Assembly: GCA_046757165.1 (NCBI GenBank)
Contig: JBHHXT010000002.1
Coordinates: forward strand, 1 to 64,000
DNA from: a bacterium
GTDB lineage: Bacteria > Zhuqueibacterota > Zhuqueibacteria > Oceanimicrobiales > Oceanimicrobiaceae
Reading direction: 5' to 3'
Length of the DNA: 64,000 nucleotides
Of this stretch, positions 26,580 to 35,831 are shown in pieces (position 1 is the stretch's first letter; every line of letters begins with the position of its first letter). The notes below the pieces were generated by a model, which saw only the letters and a list, made by a program, of their open reading frames with translations, made no database searches and was not told the origin of the DNA. Made by a program: the position numbers and the translations under genes.

Positions 26580-29009
26580 ATGTACCACGACCCTATACAC
26601 AAGCTCGAAACGGAAGATAGTGTCGAGCCGCCAGTGGAGAAAAACGGCGCCAGCGATGAAACCGAACAGCGACCGGTTGATTTCACCATCCCGCAAGTTT
26701 TGCCGGTCCTTCCGTTGAGAAACACGGTTGTTTTTCCGCAGCAAATCATTCCGATTTCCGTTGGCCGGGAGAAATCGGTCAAGCTCATCGAAGAAGCCCT
26801 GGCAGAGAGTAAGCTCATCACCCTGGTTGCCCAGAGGGATGGCAAAGTTGAAAATCCGCAGCCAGATGATTTGTTCCGCTGGGGCACCATCGGATCCATC
26901 ATGAAGGTGTTCAAAATGCCTGACGGCACGCAAAGTGTCATGGTGCAGGGACTGAGCCGGGCAAGAATTATCAATTTCACTCGCATTGAGCCTTTTTTCA
27001 AGGGGCTGGTTCAGCCAGAGAAAGAGACCGTGACAGAAGGAGTCGATGTCGATGCGCTGCTCGGCAATGTCCGCACCTTGTTTGAAAAAATCGTCAGCCT
27101 GGCGCCGTATTTGACGCCGGAGCACGTCATGCTTGTCGCGAACACGGACTCTCCCGGTCGGCTTGCCGACTTGATTGTGTGGAATCTAAACATCGCCACC
27201 GTTGAAAAACAGGCCATTCTCGAGCTCGTGGATATCAAAGGAAGGTTGGAGAAGCTCAACTATATCTTGACGAAGGAATTGCAAATACTCGAGCTGGGAA
27301 GCAAGATACAGTCGGAGGTGCAGGGCGAGATCAACAAGACGCAGCGCGAATACTATTTGCGCGAACAGCTCAAGGCGATCCAGAAAGAGCTGGGTGAGGG
27401 CGAAGATGAGCGCACCATGGAGATCAACGAGCTGCGGCAAAAGATCAAAGAAGCCAAAATGCCGAAGGAAGTGAGTGAAGTGGCTTTCAAGGAGCTGGAC
27501 CGTCTGTCCAAAATGCCGCCCGCGGCGGCTGAATACACGGTTGCCAGAACCTATCTGGACTGGCTCATCGAGCTGCCCTGGAATGTCAGTACACAGGACA
27601 ATCTCGATGTTGCCGCAGCCAGGAGCGTGCTCGACCAGGACCACTATGACCTCGAGAAGGTCAAGAACAGAATTCTCGAATACCTGGCCGTAAGACAACT
27701 GAAAAAAGACATGAAAGGGCCGATTTTGTGCTTTGTCGGCCCACCAGGAGTCGGGAAGACTTCGTTGGGCAAATCGATTGCGCGGGCACTGGGGCGGAAG
27801 TTTATGCGAATGTCTCTCGGAGGCATGCGCGACGAGGCGGAAATACGCGGACACCGCAGGACGTACATCGGCGCTTTGCCGGGCCGTATCGTTCAGGGGC
27901 TGAAGAAGGTCGGCTCGAACAACCCCGTGTTTATGCTGGATGAGATCGACAAAGTTGGCCAGGATTTTCGTGGCGATCCCTCGTCCGCCTTGCTCGAGGT
28001 TCTGGATCCGGAGCAGAATTTCGATTTTTCCGACCATTACCTCGAGGTGGCGTTTGACCTTTCGAAAGTAATGTTCATCGCCACGGCGAATCTCGCCGAT
28101 CCAATCATCCCGGCGTTGAGGGATCGCATGGAGATTATCGAGCTGCCCGGCTACACGGAACAGGAGAAACTCAACATCGCAAAAACCTATTTGATTCCGA
28201 AGCAGCGGGATGAGCATGGCCTGCAAGAGTCGCTCATACAATTCGAGGATGAGGCTATCAAAACCATCATTCACTCCTACACAAAAGAAGCCGGTGTTCG
28301 CAACCTGGAGCGGGAAATCGCTTCGGTTTGCCGCGGTGTGGCGCGGGACGTCGTCGAGGGGGAAACCGACAGCAAGACCATCACTGCAGATGGGTTGAAA
28401 CGCTACCTGGGGGCGATCAAATTCTTTTCCGAGGTGGCGGAGCGCACCTCCAGGTCCGGCGTGGCCACCGGGCTGGCCTGGACACCGGCCGGCGGTGACA
28501 TCCTTTTCGTTGAGGCGACCAAAATGCCGGGTACCGGACAGCTCATCTTGACCGGCTCGTTGGGCGACGTCATGAAGGAATCTGCCAGGGCCGCTTTGAG
28601 CTACATTCGCTCGAAGGCCAGCGATTTGAATATCTCAAATGAGCTGTTCAAGAAGTTCGACATTCACATTCATGTCCCCGCCGGAGCGATTCCAAAAGAT
28701 GGTCCCTCTGCCGGGATTACGCTTTTCACGGCACTCCTGTCGCTGCTGACCAATCGCCAGGTAAAGAACGACATGGCGATGACCGGGGAGATCACGCTCA
28801 GAGGGCTGGTCCTGCCGGTGGGCGGCATAAAGGAAAAGGTGCTGGCGGCGCACAGGGCGGGCATCAAGAAGGTCTTGCTGCCCGAGAAGAACAAAACGGA
28901 CTATGAAGACATCCCGGAATCCATCCGCGACGAACTCGAGATCGTTTTCGTTAGTGAGGTCGAAGGCGTCATTCAAATGGCTCTCAAGGAATTGTCTCAA
29001 CAGAAGTAA
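26580..29009 (+). CDS. lon: ATP-dependent Lon protease
   Basis: LON N-domain, GPPGVGKTS Walker A, LDEIDK, PKDGPSAG catalytic Ser and GGIKEK. Confidence 0.98.
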   Translation: MYHDPIHKLETEDSVEPPVEKNGASDETEQRPVDFTIPQVLPVLPLRNTVVFPQQIIPISVGREKSVKLIEEALAESKLITLVAQRDGKVENPQPDDLFRWGTIGSIMKVFKMPDGTQSVMVQGLSRARIINFTRIEPFFKGLVQPEKETVTEGVDVDALLGNVRTLFEKIVSLAPYLTPEHVMLVANTDSPGRLADLIVWNLNIATVEKQAILELVDIKGRLEKLNYILTKELQILELGSKIQSEVQGEINKTQREYYLREQLKAIQKELGEGEDERTMEINELRQKIKEAKMPKEVSEVAFKELDRLSKMPPAAAEYTVARTYLDWLIELPWNVSTQDNLDVAAARSVLDQDHYDLEKVKNRILEYLAVRQLKKDMKGPILCFVGPPGVGKTSLGKSIARALGRKFMRMSLGGMRDEAEIRGHRRTYIGALPGRIVQGLKKVGSNNPVFMLDEIDKVGQDFRGDPSSALLEVLDPEQNFDFSDHYLEVAFDLSKVMFIATANLADPIIPALRDRMEIIELPGYTEQEKLNIAKTYLIPKQRDEHGLQESLIQFEDEAIKTIIHSYTKEAGVRNLEREIASVCRGVARDVVEGETDSKTITADGLKRYLGAIKFFSEVAERTSRSGVATGLAWTPAGGDILFVEATKMPGTGQLILTGSLGDVMKESARAALSYIRSKASDLNISNELFKKFDIHIHVPAGAIPKDGPSAGITLFTALLSLLTNRQVKNDMAMTGEITLRGLVLPVGGIKEKVLAAHRAGIKKVLLPEKNKTDYEDIPESIRDELEIVFVSEVEGVIQMALKELSQQK

Positions 29010-29136
29010 GCTGCATCAAGAAAATACACTTTTTGAAGAGGATGAAGCGTCAGGCAGGGGGAACGAAAGGAGCATAATAATCAATAAAACAAGTGGTTAG
29101 AGAATTATCAAGGACTACGGCTGGCTGGCACAGAGT

Positions 29137-29724
29137 TTGAATGACTCTGAGTCTCAAAAGTTAATTTTTTTTAAAGAGCGGCTACGAGGGGTCCTTGATA
29201 TGAAAGAACTGCTATACTTTTCCACTTCCGATCTAATGATCCAAGTCTCTTACAAAAAGGACTTGAATTCCATCCATTATTTCTCCCACCGAGAGCTCTC
29301 CTTCGGCGAGCGGGTTGTTGTTGAACAATATCTGCTCACCAACGTTGCGGTCAAGACAGAGTACTATAAAAAACATCCCGCTATGCTCAACTACATTGGC
29401 GTCAATAGCAAGCTGGTCAAGGACTTGAATCAGTTTCATCTCAAGAGTACCATGGACAATTTGAAGGAAAAAGAGCAAAAAGTCGACGACTCGGTCAAGC
29501 ATCTCATCTCTGAATCCATGGCCAATTACTACTTTGAGCAGATTGGCAATACCATCCTGGAAATCAGGCAGATCGTCAAGGATGCTGACGAGATAGACTC
29601 GTTGCTTCAAGCCGGCAAGAAACTGCACGAACTCTTACAGGCATACAACGTGCACTCGGGAAAAAGGATCACCCTTGACCAGATCTTGCCGTGTGATCTG
29701 CAATCTTATTTCAAACAAGCATAG
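29137..29724 (+). CDS. hypothetical protein (195 aa, predicted mostly helical)
   Basis: Clean ORF filling the gap after lon with a TTG start; no recognisable motif. Confidence 0.7.
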   Translation: MNDSESQKLIFFKERLRGVLDMKELLYFSTSDLMIQVSYKKDLNSIHYFSHRELSFGERVVVEQYLLTNVAVKTEYYKKHPAMLNYIGVNSKLVKDLNQFHLKSTMDNLKEKEQKVDDSVKHLISESMANYYFEQIGNTILEIRQIVKDADEIDSLLQAGKKLHELLQAYNVHSGKRITLDQILPCDLQSYFKQA

Positions 29725-29760
29725 AAACAGCCTGATTTATTATTTGTAGGAGTAACATCA

Positions 29761-31035
29761 ATGAACAGAATGATTATTACAATCGCAATTGCTTTGCTCA
29801 GCATGGCCCATAGCGCGCTCTTTGCGCAGGCAGGAGCAAGCAAGATCGGTATCGGATTGAACGTTGGCGGACAGCGTATCTTTGGCGACCGTCCGGAGGA
29901 GTTGTTCGGAGTCGGCGGCGAAGGGGTCATCTCATACCGTATCTTACCCTTCGCGGACCTGGCCCTGGCGCTGGGCTACAGCCAGCTCAAGTACAACTTT
30001 GTCCCCGGTACCGGAACAAGCACGACTGACCTGATCAATGCAGACTTGAAAGCAAACCTGGAAATCATGTCTTCAGGCCTTTTTCGGCCTTTCGTTACGC
30101 TCGGCCTGGGCATCGCCAATTATAAAATGAGAAGCTCCACCTCTGGACGCGTGAACGATGGCGTGTTTTTTGGCGGCGGGGGCTTTAGATTATTTATGAA
30201 TCCAATCTTTGATTTGTATGCAAGCGCAGATTACCGCTTTACCACCGGGGATACCTTTGATAGCAACACGAAGGAAGGTACGGCCAACGATGGATATTTG
30301 AGCATCCGTACCGGGATGACTTATTATCTCGGCGGCGGCCGCAGGAAGGAACCGCAAGTGATTGCAGACGAACGGGCCCCCTTCATTGAACTGCAAGAAG
30401 ACCCGTACGCCGAGGATTCTTACTCCCAGGAGGACCCGTACTCCCCAAATGAGACCCGGCCGTCAAGCTCTCGTGAGACAAAAAATATGGAAGAGTATGT
30501 AAGATTGAAATCCCGCGTGGACCAGCTCGTCGGCAACGTGGATTCAAGGGAAAAGGAGATCACAGACTTGAACAGAGAGCTGCGCAACCGTAAAGGCCAG
30601 CTTTCCACCTTGCAGAATGAGGCGACAAGAAAACCACCCAGGCAGATTCGCAGTCGGTCGTCGATGTCAGGCTTTGCTGACATTTATCAAGAAGCGTTGA
30701 CCAATTTGTACAATAAGAGTTATTCTGAGGCGATTTCGCTTTTCAGGCTGCTGTTGCAGCAGTACGCGCATCACAGTCTCGCTGGCAACTGCCAGTTCTG
30801 GATAGGCAAGAGTTACTATGCCATGAACCGGTACACTGAGGCGGTCGACGAGTTCTACAAGGTACTCAGTTTTGAACGCTCGTTGAAAAAGGACGACGCC
30901 TTGTTCTATTTAGGCAGAGCCTATCTCAAGTTGGGGTCGGGGGACCAGGCCCGCGAAACATTCACGCGTTTAATGCGAGATTATCCGACGAGTGAATTCG
31001 TTGAGCAAGCCAGAACCCATATGACAAGACCGTAA
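29761..31035 (+). CDS. outer-membrane beta-barrel fused to coiled coil and TPR (CpoB/YbgF-like) domain
   Basis: Signal peptide, amphipathic beta strands ending GMTYYLG, acidic linker, coiled coil, then YQEAL...AGNCQFWIGKSYY...KKDDALFYLG...DYPTS. Confidence 0.75.
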   Translation: MNRMIITIAIALLSMAHSALFAQAGASKIGIGLNVGGQRIFGDRPEELFGVGGEGVISYRILPFADLALALGYSQLKYNFVPGTGTSTTDLINADLKANLEIMSSGLFRPFVTLGLGIANYKMRSSTSGRVNDGVFFGGGGFRLFMNPIFDLYASADYRFTTGDTFDSNTKEGTANDGYLSIRTGMTYYLGGGRRKEPQVIADERAPFIELQEDPYAEDSYSQEDPYSPNETRPSSSRETKNMEEYVRLKSRVDQLVGNVDSREKEITDLNRELRNRKGQLSTLQNEATRKPPRQIRSRSSMSGFADIYQEALTNLYNKSYSEAISLFRLLLQQYAHHSLAGNCQFWIGKSYYAMNRYTEAVDEFYKVLSFERSLKKDDALFYLGRAYLKLGSGDQARETFTRLMRDYPTSEFVEQARTHMTRP

Positions 31036-31043
31036 GCTTCAAT

Positions 31044-31252
31044 ACCCCCATCCTCATGCGTGGATAGGGTAGAGGACCAGGTGTCGAGACGTCTGGCCGA
31101 AAAGTCCTATCAGCTCGGCGAATGCCGGGGTCTCCTCGAGTGATGTACCTGGCGAGGAGATTCCGGCACCGGGCAGGAATGGCCTGCACGCCACTCTTCA
31201 CCAGACTTTGATAGAGGCGTTCGAACCATCTCCCCCTAGGAGTCAAAGCTCT
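31044..31252 (+). ncRNA. candidate structured RNA (unidentified)
   Basis: Five or more stems in a GC-rich intergenic stretch, including a 16-bp stem 31123-31138 / 31153-31168. G-U pairs favour the plus strand. Confidence 0.35.
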
Positions 31253-31282
31253 GCCGTAGTTTGGTGATCTACCTTATTTGTC

Positions 31283-31311
31283 TTGATTTTTACAATTACT
31301 TTTAATAAAAT
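31283..31311 (+). promoter_or_regulatory. putative sigma70-type promoter
   Basis: TTGATT-17-TAAAAT in an AT-rich tract. Confidence 0.5.
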
Positions 31312-31366
31312 TAATAGATATTAACTTTCAACTGTCCTCTTCTTACTTCAGAATCGGAGTCTGCCA

Positions 31367-33364
31367 ATGACGGACCTGGCTGTGCTCATAGCTGGTACCA
31401 GCAGTTCTTACCTTGAAATATCAAGGAAGATGCTCAAGTTCCACTACGAGCAATGTGATGTCGACTTTGCACATTCGGGCAAAGAATGTATAGACAAAGC
31501 GACCTCAAAAGAGTATGAGCTGATTCTATTCGACTATGAGCTCGGGGATCAGACCGGGCTGGAGATCATCGATGAGTTGAACGAGCGTGGGGTAAAGTCT
31601 CCGCTCATCATGTTGATCGAGGAGGGGGACGAAATCAAGGCTGTGCAAGCCATTGAGAAGGGCGCTGCCGACTATATTTTGAAAGTCCGAGGGTATTTGA
31701 CAGCGCTGCCGTTCACCATCCGCTCTATTCTGGCAGAAAAGAATATTGCTTTAGAGACCGAAAGCAAGAACTGTTTCGAAAGCGCACCGGAAGTCATCTC
31801 CAGGACTGAGGGGTATTTTATTCTGGACCGCAAAGGACGCATCCTGTCTGCCAATCTCGACATTCAGAAACTTACGAACTTCTCTGAGGATGAGCTTCTC
31901 GAGCTGACGATCGCAGACTTACTTCCCAAGGACCAGGAAAAGTCGTTTTTTGATTGGCTCAATTCTGTTGCGGCAAACGGCCATTCCGGCAAGGCTCTCA
32001 GAACAGAGATTTTCAACAAGGAAGGAGAACGCATTGCGCTCGAGATCATTTTTACCGCCATCAAAGATGAATTTCAGAATGTCCTGAGTTACCGCGGTAG
32101 AATTGCGAAGAAAAATGGCGAGATATCGTCAAGAATATCGTCGACGTTGATGATTGATCAACTTGAAATGGTCAACCAGATTTCGCAGATCGTCACAACC
32201 GGATATGATGAGCCTCTCAGCATTTTTCTGGAGAGAATCGCCGAAAGCGTGTGCCAGATTTTTCGTTTTCGCCGCTCAACTCTTGCCTTGCTCGACAAGC
32301 GGAAGAATTTTTTCATCAAACAGGCAATGGTTGGCTACTCCTCTTTTCCAGTGACGGATGACCGAAGTATCGAGGTCCCCCAGGAGGTCATCACGCGCGT
32401 CTTTTTCGACCGCTTTCGCGTTCGGGTGCTCTACTACAACCAGGACCATCGTGACACGGCTCATTATCTGAACTCAAAATATCCGGAACGCCGAAGACAA
32501 AAAAGACGGCCACCGTCGCAGTGGCACGACCGGGACCTGGTTTTGGTGAATCTGATGAACCGGGATGGCACCACGTTTGGCTATATCTCCCTGGACAGGC
32601 CTGTCCCCGACCACTTCCCGGCACGAGACACGTTTCATAATCTTGAATTATATGGCCAGCTTGTATCGTTTGCGATTGAAAACTACTACCAATTCTCCAC
32701 CCTCGAGCAGCGTTCCCGACGAATGAAGCAGATACTGGTCACGAGCAACATTTTCAAGCTTCATCTTTCCCTCAATGAGCTGCTCAAGGAGGTGGTTTGG
32801 TCGATTAGATTTTCTCTGAATTTCAATCTCGTTGCTCTTGGCTTGATCAGCAAACGCAGCGGGCATTTGGAAATGAAGGCCATCGCCTGTGAAGACAAGG
32901 TCAAGCGCGCACAGCTCGCCGAGCTCAATTTCCCGCTCAAGCCGCTCTCGCAGTTGATGCGTGCCGAGTATAGCTACGGCAAATCCTATTTTGTCGTGAA
33001 GGAAGAGCCGGTGGTCAAGACGTTCAAGCACATCTATCATGGCCCGAAGTCAGACGGCACACTGAATGGCCACTGGCCGATATGTGGCCTGTTGCTGGTT
33101 CCGATCAAATCCAGGGAAGGCAAAATCATTGGGGTCTTGATGGCTGATGATCCGGCGAACAACAAGCTGCCGGGGCGGGATGTGGTCGATACGTTGGAGA
33201 TCATGGCGAATCAGATTGCTGTTGCCATAGACAATCGCGTTTTGTATGTCCAGGCGCAGCAGAAGCAGCGCGAAGGTGAACGCAAAGCAGAAAGAACCGA
33301 CATGCTTTCCGGTTATGTGCCCACAGGCGTCAAGCGACGCTTTGTTGACCGGTTTTTCAAGTAA
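31367..33364 (+). CDS. REC-PAS-GAF-GAF signalling protein without an output domain
   Basis: Receiver (LILFDYELG, GAADYILK), PAS (ILDRKGRILSAN) and two GAF-like domains (ending NQIAVAIDN), followed by a short tail. Confidence 0.8.
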   Translation: MTDLAVLIAGTSSSYLEISRKMLKFHYEQCDVDFAHSGKECIDKATSKEYELILFDYELGDQTGLEIIDELNERGVKSPLIMLIEEGDEIKAVQAIEKGAADYILKVRGYLTALPFTIRSILAEKNIALETESKNCFESAPEVISRTEGYFILDRKGRILSANLDIQKLTNFSEDELLELTIADLLPKDQEKSFFDWLNSVAANGHSGKALRTEIFNKEGERIALEIIFTAIKDEFQNVLSYRGRIAKKNGEISSRISSTLMIDQLEMVNQISQIVTTGYDEPLSIFLERIAESVCQIFRFRRSTLALLDKRKNFFIKQAMVGYSSFPVTDDRSIEVPQEVITRVFFDRFRVRVLYYNQDHRDTAHYLNSKYPERRRQKRRPPSQWHDRDLVLVNLMNRDGTTFGYISLDRPVPDHFPARDTFHNLELYGQLVSFAIENYYQFSTLEQRSRRMKQILVTSNIFKLHLSLNELLKEVVWSIRFSLNFNLVALGLISKRSGHLEMKAIACEDKVKRAQLAELNFPLKPLSQLMRAEYSYGKSYFVVKEEPVVKTFKHIYHGPKSDGTLNGHWPICGLLLVPIKSREGKIIGVLMADDPANNKLPGRDVVDTLEIMANQIAVAIDNRVLYVQAQQKQREGERKAERTDMLSGYVPTGVKRRFVDRFFK

Positions 33365-33545
33365 ATATCACGCCTCTCTTTAATAATATTTGCTCTTACA
33401 ATTTCCTCTAGTCTGACAATTTATCTTGATTTCAAGTGTACAATTGTTTAGTTTGAATTTTGGGATTTTTTTTCCTTTCTCTTTGTAGCAATTGAATACA
33501 AGTTCGACTCGTCACTGACAATCCCATGAATGAGAGGAGTGATTC

Positions 33546-34808
33546 ATTACACGTCGTACAGCTCTTTTGATCCTGTTGAGCTGCCTGAGTATCAGGTGTG
33601 CTGACCGTGACAGAGCAAATCCGCTAGATCCGAGAAATCCTGATACCTTTGGAAAACCGACCGGACTGATGGTTAGTTCAAGTCGGGATACGGTTTTTCT
33701 GCGCTGGGAGAGAATTAGATTGACGGACGTGATCGGTGTCCGACTATATCGCATGGCTGCTTTTGAGGCGGGTTTTCGCCAGTTGGCTCAACTGCCGCCA
33801 GAAGCGAGCAGGTTTGATGATGTCAACGTTGAGGCGGGAGTCGAGTATGCCTACCAAATCACCGCAATGGGCGCCGACTTTGAGAGCATGCGCTCAGATA
33901 CCGTGCGGGTCGAGCCGGGGCCGACCTTTAATTGGGTGGCAGAAAACCCGGGTGCCTCAAACCGCTTACTCAAGCTGACCCACGATAGCAGGCACGTCAT
34001 GACGGGAACGAGTGGATTCTTGACCATCATTGACATCGAGCCGAACCTCAGAAATGGCCAGGTCTGGGTCATCGATTTTATCACCCCGGGGTTGGGCCAG
34101 GTGATCAGAGTTTCAGCCAGGGGTCAGGTCGTGCTACCGTTCCTCAATCTTGCCGGGCCGCGAGACGCCGCAATTGTACTCGAGACCGGCAGCCTGTGGG
34201 TGGCTAATGCGCATGACAGCTCAGTGGTCAAACTCAACGTGGATGGCGAGATGCTTTTTTCAGAACGGAATTTCATCCGTCCTGTCTCTGTGGCTGTGGA
34301 CCAGCGTACAGGAGCGTGTTGGGTAGCAGATGGCGGACGAAACGAAGTTGTCAGACTTGGCCCGGATGGCTCGGAGAGACTCGTCTCTGCTGTCGCGTTT
34401 CAAGCCGTCGCGGGGCTGGCGACAAATTCCGCCGACGGCTCGGTCTGGGTCTCGGACAAAACCCGGGTGCTCAAACTTGATGACAGAGGCGAGCCATTGC
34501 TCGAGATCGCAAACGATTTCACTGACGCCCGCAAATTAGCCGTCAATGATAGCACAGGTGCGGTATGGATGATCAACTGGAATCCCTCGACCGTGAGCAA
34601 ATTCCGTCCGGATGGGCAAAAAGCTTTTGAACTGCCGGGATTCAACCGGCCAGCAGACCTGGCCATCAACCTGTTCGATGATAGTTGCCTGGTCGCAGAT
34701 ACTGAGAACCACCGTTTGGTCAAGATCTCATCCGAGGGCCAGCAAGTCAGCGTGGTTCAGAAATTGACGTTTCCAAGCGCTGTCGCGGTCCAGAACGAGA
34801 TGGATTAG
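33546..34808 (+). CDS. FN3 + NHL/beta-propeller (lipo)protein
   Basis: Lipoprotein-like N-terminus (...IRC-ADRDRANPLDP), an FN3-like segment and repeated PxxVAVD...WVAD units. Start is ATT 33546 or TTG 33567. Confidence 0.75.
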   Translation: MTRRTALLILLSCLSIRCADRDRANPLDPRNPDTFGKPTGLMVSSSRDTVFLRWERIRLTDVIGVRLYRMAAFEAGFRQLAQLPPEASRFDDVNVEAGVEYAYQITAMGADFESMRSDTVRVEPGPTFNWVAENPGASNRLLKLTHDSRHVMTGTSGFLTIIDIEPNLRNGQVWVIDFITPGLGQVIRVSARGQVVLPFLNLAGPRDAAIVLETGSLWVANAHDSSVVKLNVDGEMLFSERNFIRPVSVAVDQRTGACWVADGGRNEVVRLGPDGSERLVSAVAFQAVAGLATNSADGSVWVSDKTRVLKLDDRGEPLLEIANDFTDARKLAVNDSTGAVWMINWNPSTVSKFRPDGQKAFELPGFNRPADLAINLFDDSCLVADTENHRLVKISSEGQQVSVVQKLTFPSAVAVQNEMD

Positions 34809-34972
34809 AGCGACTTCAAGTGAACGAGAGTGAATCATTTGTGGGGTTATGCCGTACAGTCGTTCTGAAAGTGGCCCTGAGATTTGTTCATGACCATAAA
34901 GGTTCCGAAGCTGCATCCAGAGATACGGGAGGCCCAAATTGAATATGAGCTTATTTCTTAAAGGAGGAGTTC

Positions 34973-35323
34973 ATGGAAGGGTTTGAAGTTAGAAAAAATG
35001 AGAATGGTGCCATAACGATTCTGAGTCTCAAGGGCTACTTAGACGCGCACACGGCGCCGACTCTCGAGTCTGCTTTTCAAGAGTTAGTCGACGAAAAGAA
35101 ATACAAAATCGTGGTCAATTTTGCAGATCTGAATTACATCAGCAGCGCTGGCCTGGGCGTTTTCATGGGCTTTATTGAAGATATTCGCAAGAATGGTGGC
35201 GACATCAAGCTGAGCAGTATGAAGCCAAAAATCTTCAGAGTATTTGACCTGCTTGGCTTCCCAACGCTCTATGATATTCTGGACGAAGAGGAAAAGGCGG
35301 TTAATAAATTCAACAAAACCTGA
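34973..35323 (+). CDS. STAS anti-sigma factor antagonist (RsbV/SpoIIAA type)
   Basis: GYLDAHTAP and LNYISSAGLG phosphoacceptor motif; AAGGAGG Shine-Dalgarno. Confidence 0.93.
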   Translation: MEGFEVRKNENGAITILSLKGYLDAHTAPTLESAFQELVDEKKYKIVVNFADLNYISSAGLGVFMGFIEDIRKNGGDIKLSSMKPKIFRVFDLLGFPTLYDILDEEEKAVNKFNKT

Positions 35324-35383
35324 TGAGTGATTTCGTGCTGAGTCAAAACAACCAGAATACTCATAAACAGCCGGGCTAAGAAG

Positions 35384-35824
35384 GTGGTGAAGGTTTTGCC
35401 TAAGACGAAAAAAAAATATCAACTAAAGATACCGAGCCAGTCGGATAATCTTGTCCTGATCCGAGAGTTGGTCAGCAGGGTAGCAGAGCAAGTCGGGTTT
35501 GACCATGACGAAGCCAGCAAGATCGAGCTGGCGGTGGACGAAGCTTGCACGAATGTGATCAAACACGCCTATGGCAACAATTCGAACGAAATCATCGATG
35601 TCATGATTAAGATAGACAAGAAGAAACTCATCATCATTGTTTCGGATCGAGGAAAAGGGTTTGACCCGGATGACGTTGGGATGCCGGATTTGACCGAATC
35701 CATGAAACACGGCCGCAAAGGAGGTCTCGGGATTTGTTTGATCAAGACTTTGATGGACAAAGTGGATTTCCAAATGAAACCGGGATCCAAGAACCAGGTT
35801 AGAATGGTCAAGTATCTCAACTGA
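35384..35824 (+). CDS. RsbW-type serine kinase / anti-sigma factor (HATPase_c_2)
   Basis: ELAVDEACTNVIKHAY, DRGKGFD and GGLGICLI. Confidence 0.92.
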   Translation: MVKVLPKTKKKYQLKIPSQSDNLVLIRELVSRVAEQVGFDHDEASKIELAVDEACTNVIKHAYGNNSNEIIDVMIKIDKKKLIIIVSDRGKGFDPDDVGMPDLTESMKHGRKGGLGICLIKTLMDKVDFQMKPGSKNQVRMVKYLN

Positions 35825-35831
35825 GAGATTA

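Noticed and set aside
12228..28274. Long antisense ORFs (e.g. 12228-13427, 15199-16527, 23410-24714, 27186-28274)
   Set aside because: They are shadows of well-conserved plus-strand genes in GC-rich codon usage and have no motifs.
31215..31240. tRNA suggested by GTTCGAACC
   Set aside because: No cloverleaf, T-stem or acceptor stem can be built on either strand.
30962..31246. 94-aa minus-strand ORF over the structured region
   Set aside because: It has a TTG start without a Shine-Dalgarno, overlaps the upstream gene end, and its R/P-rich composition is typical of non-coding GC-rich DNA.
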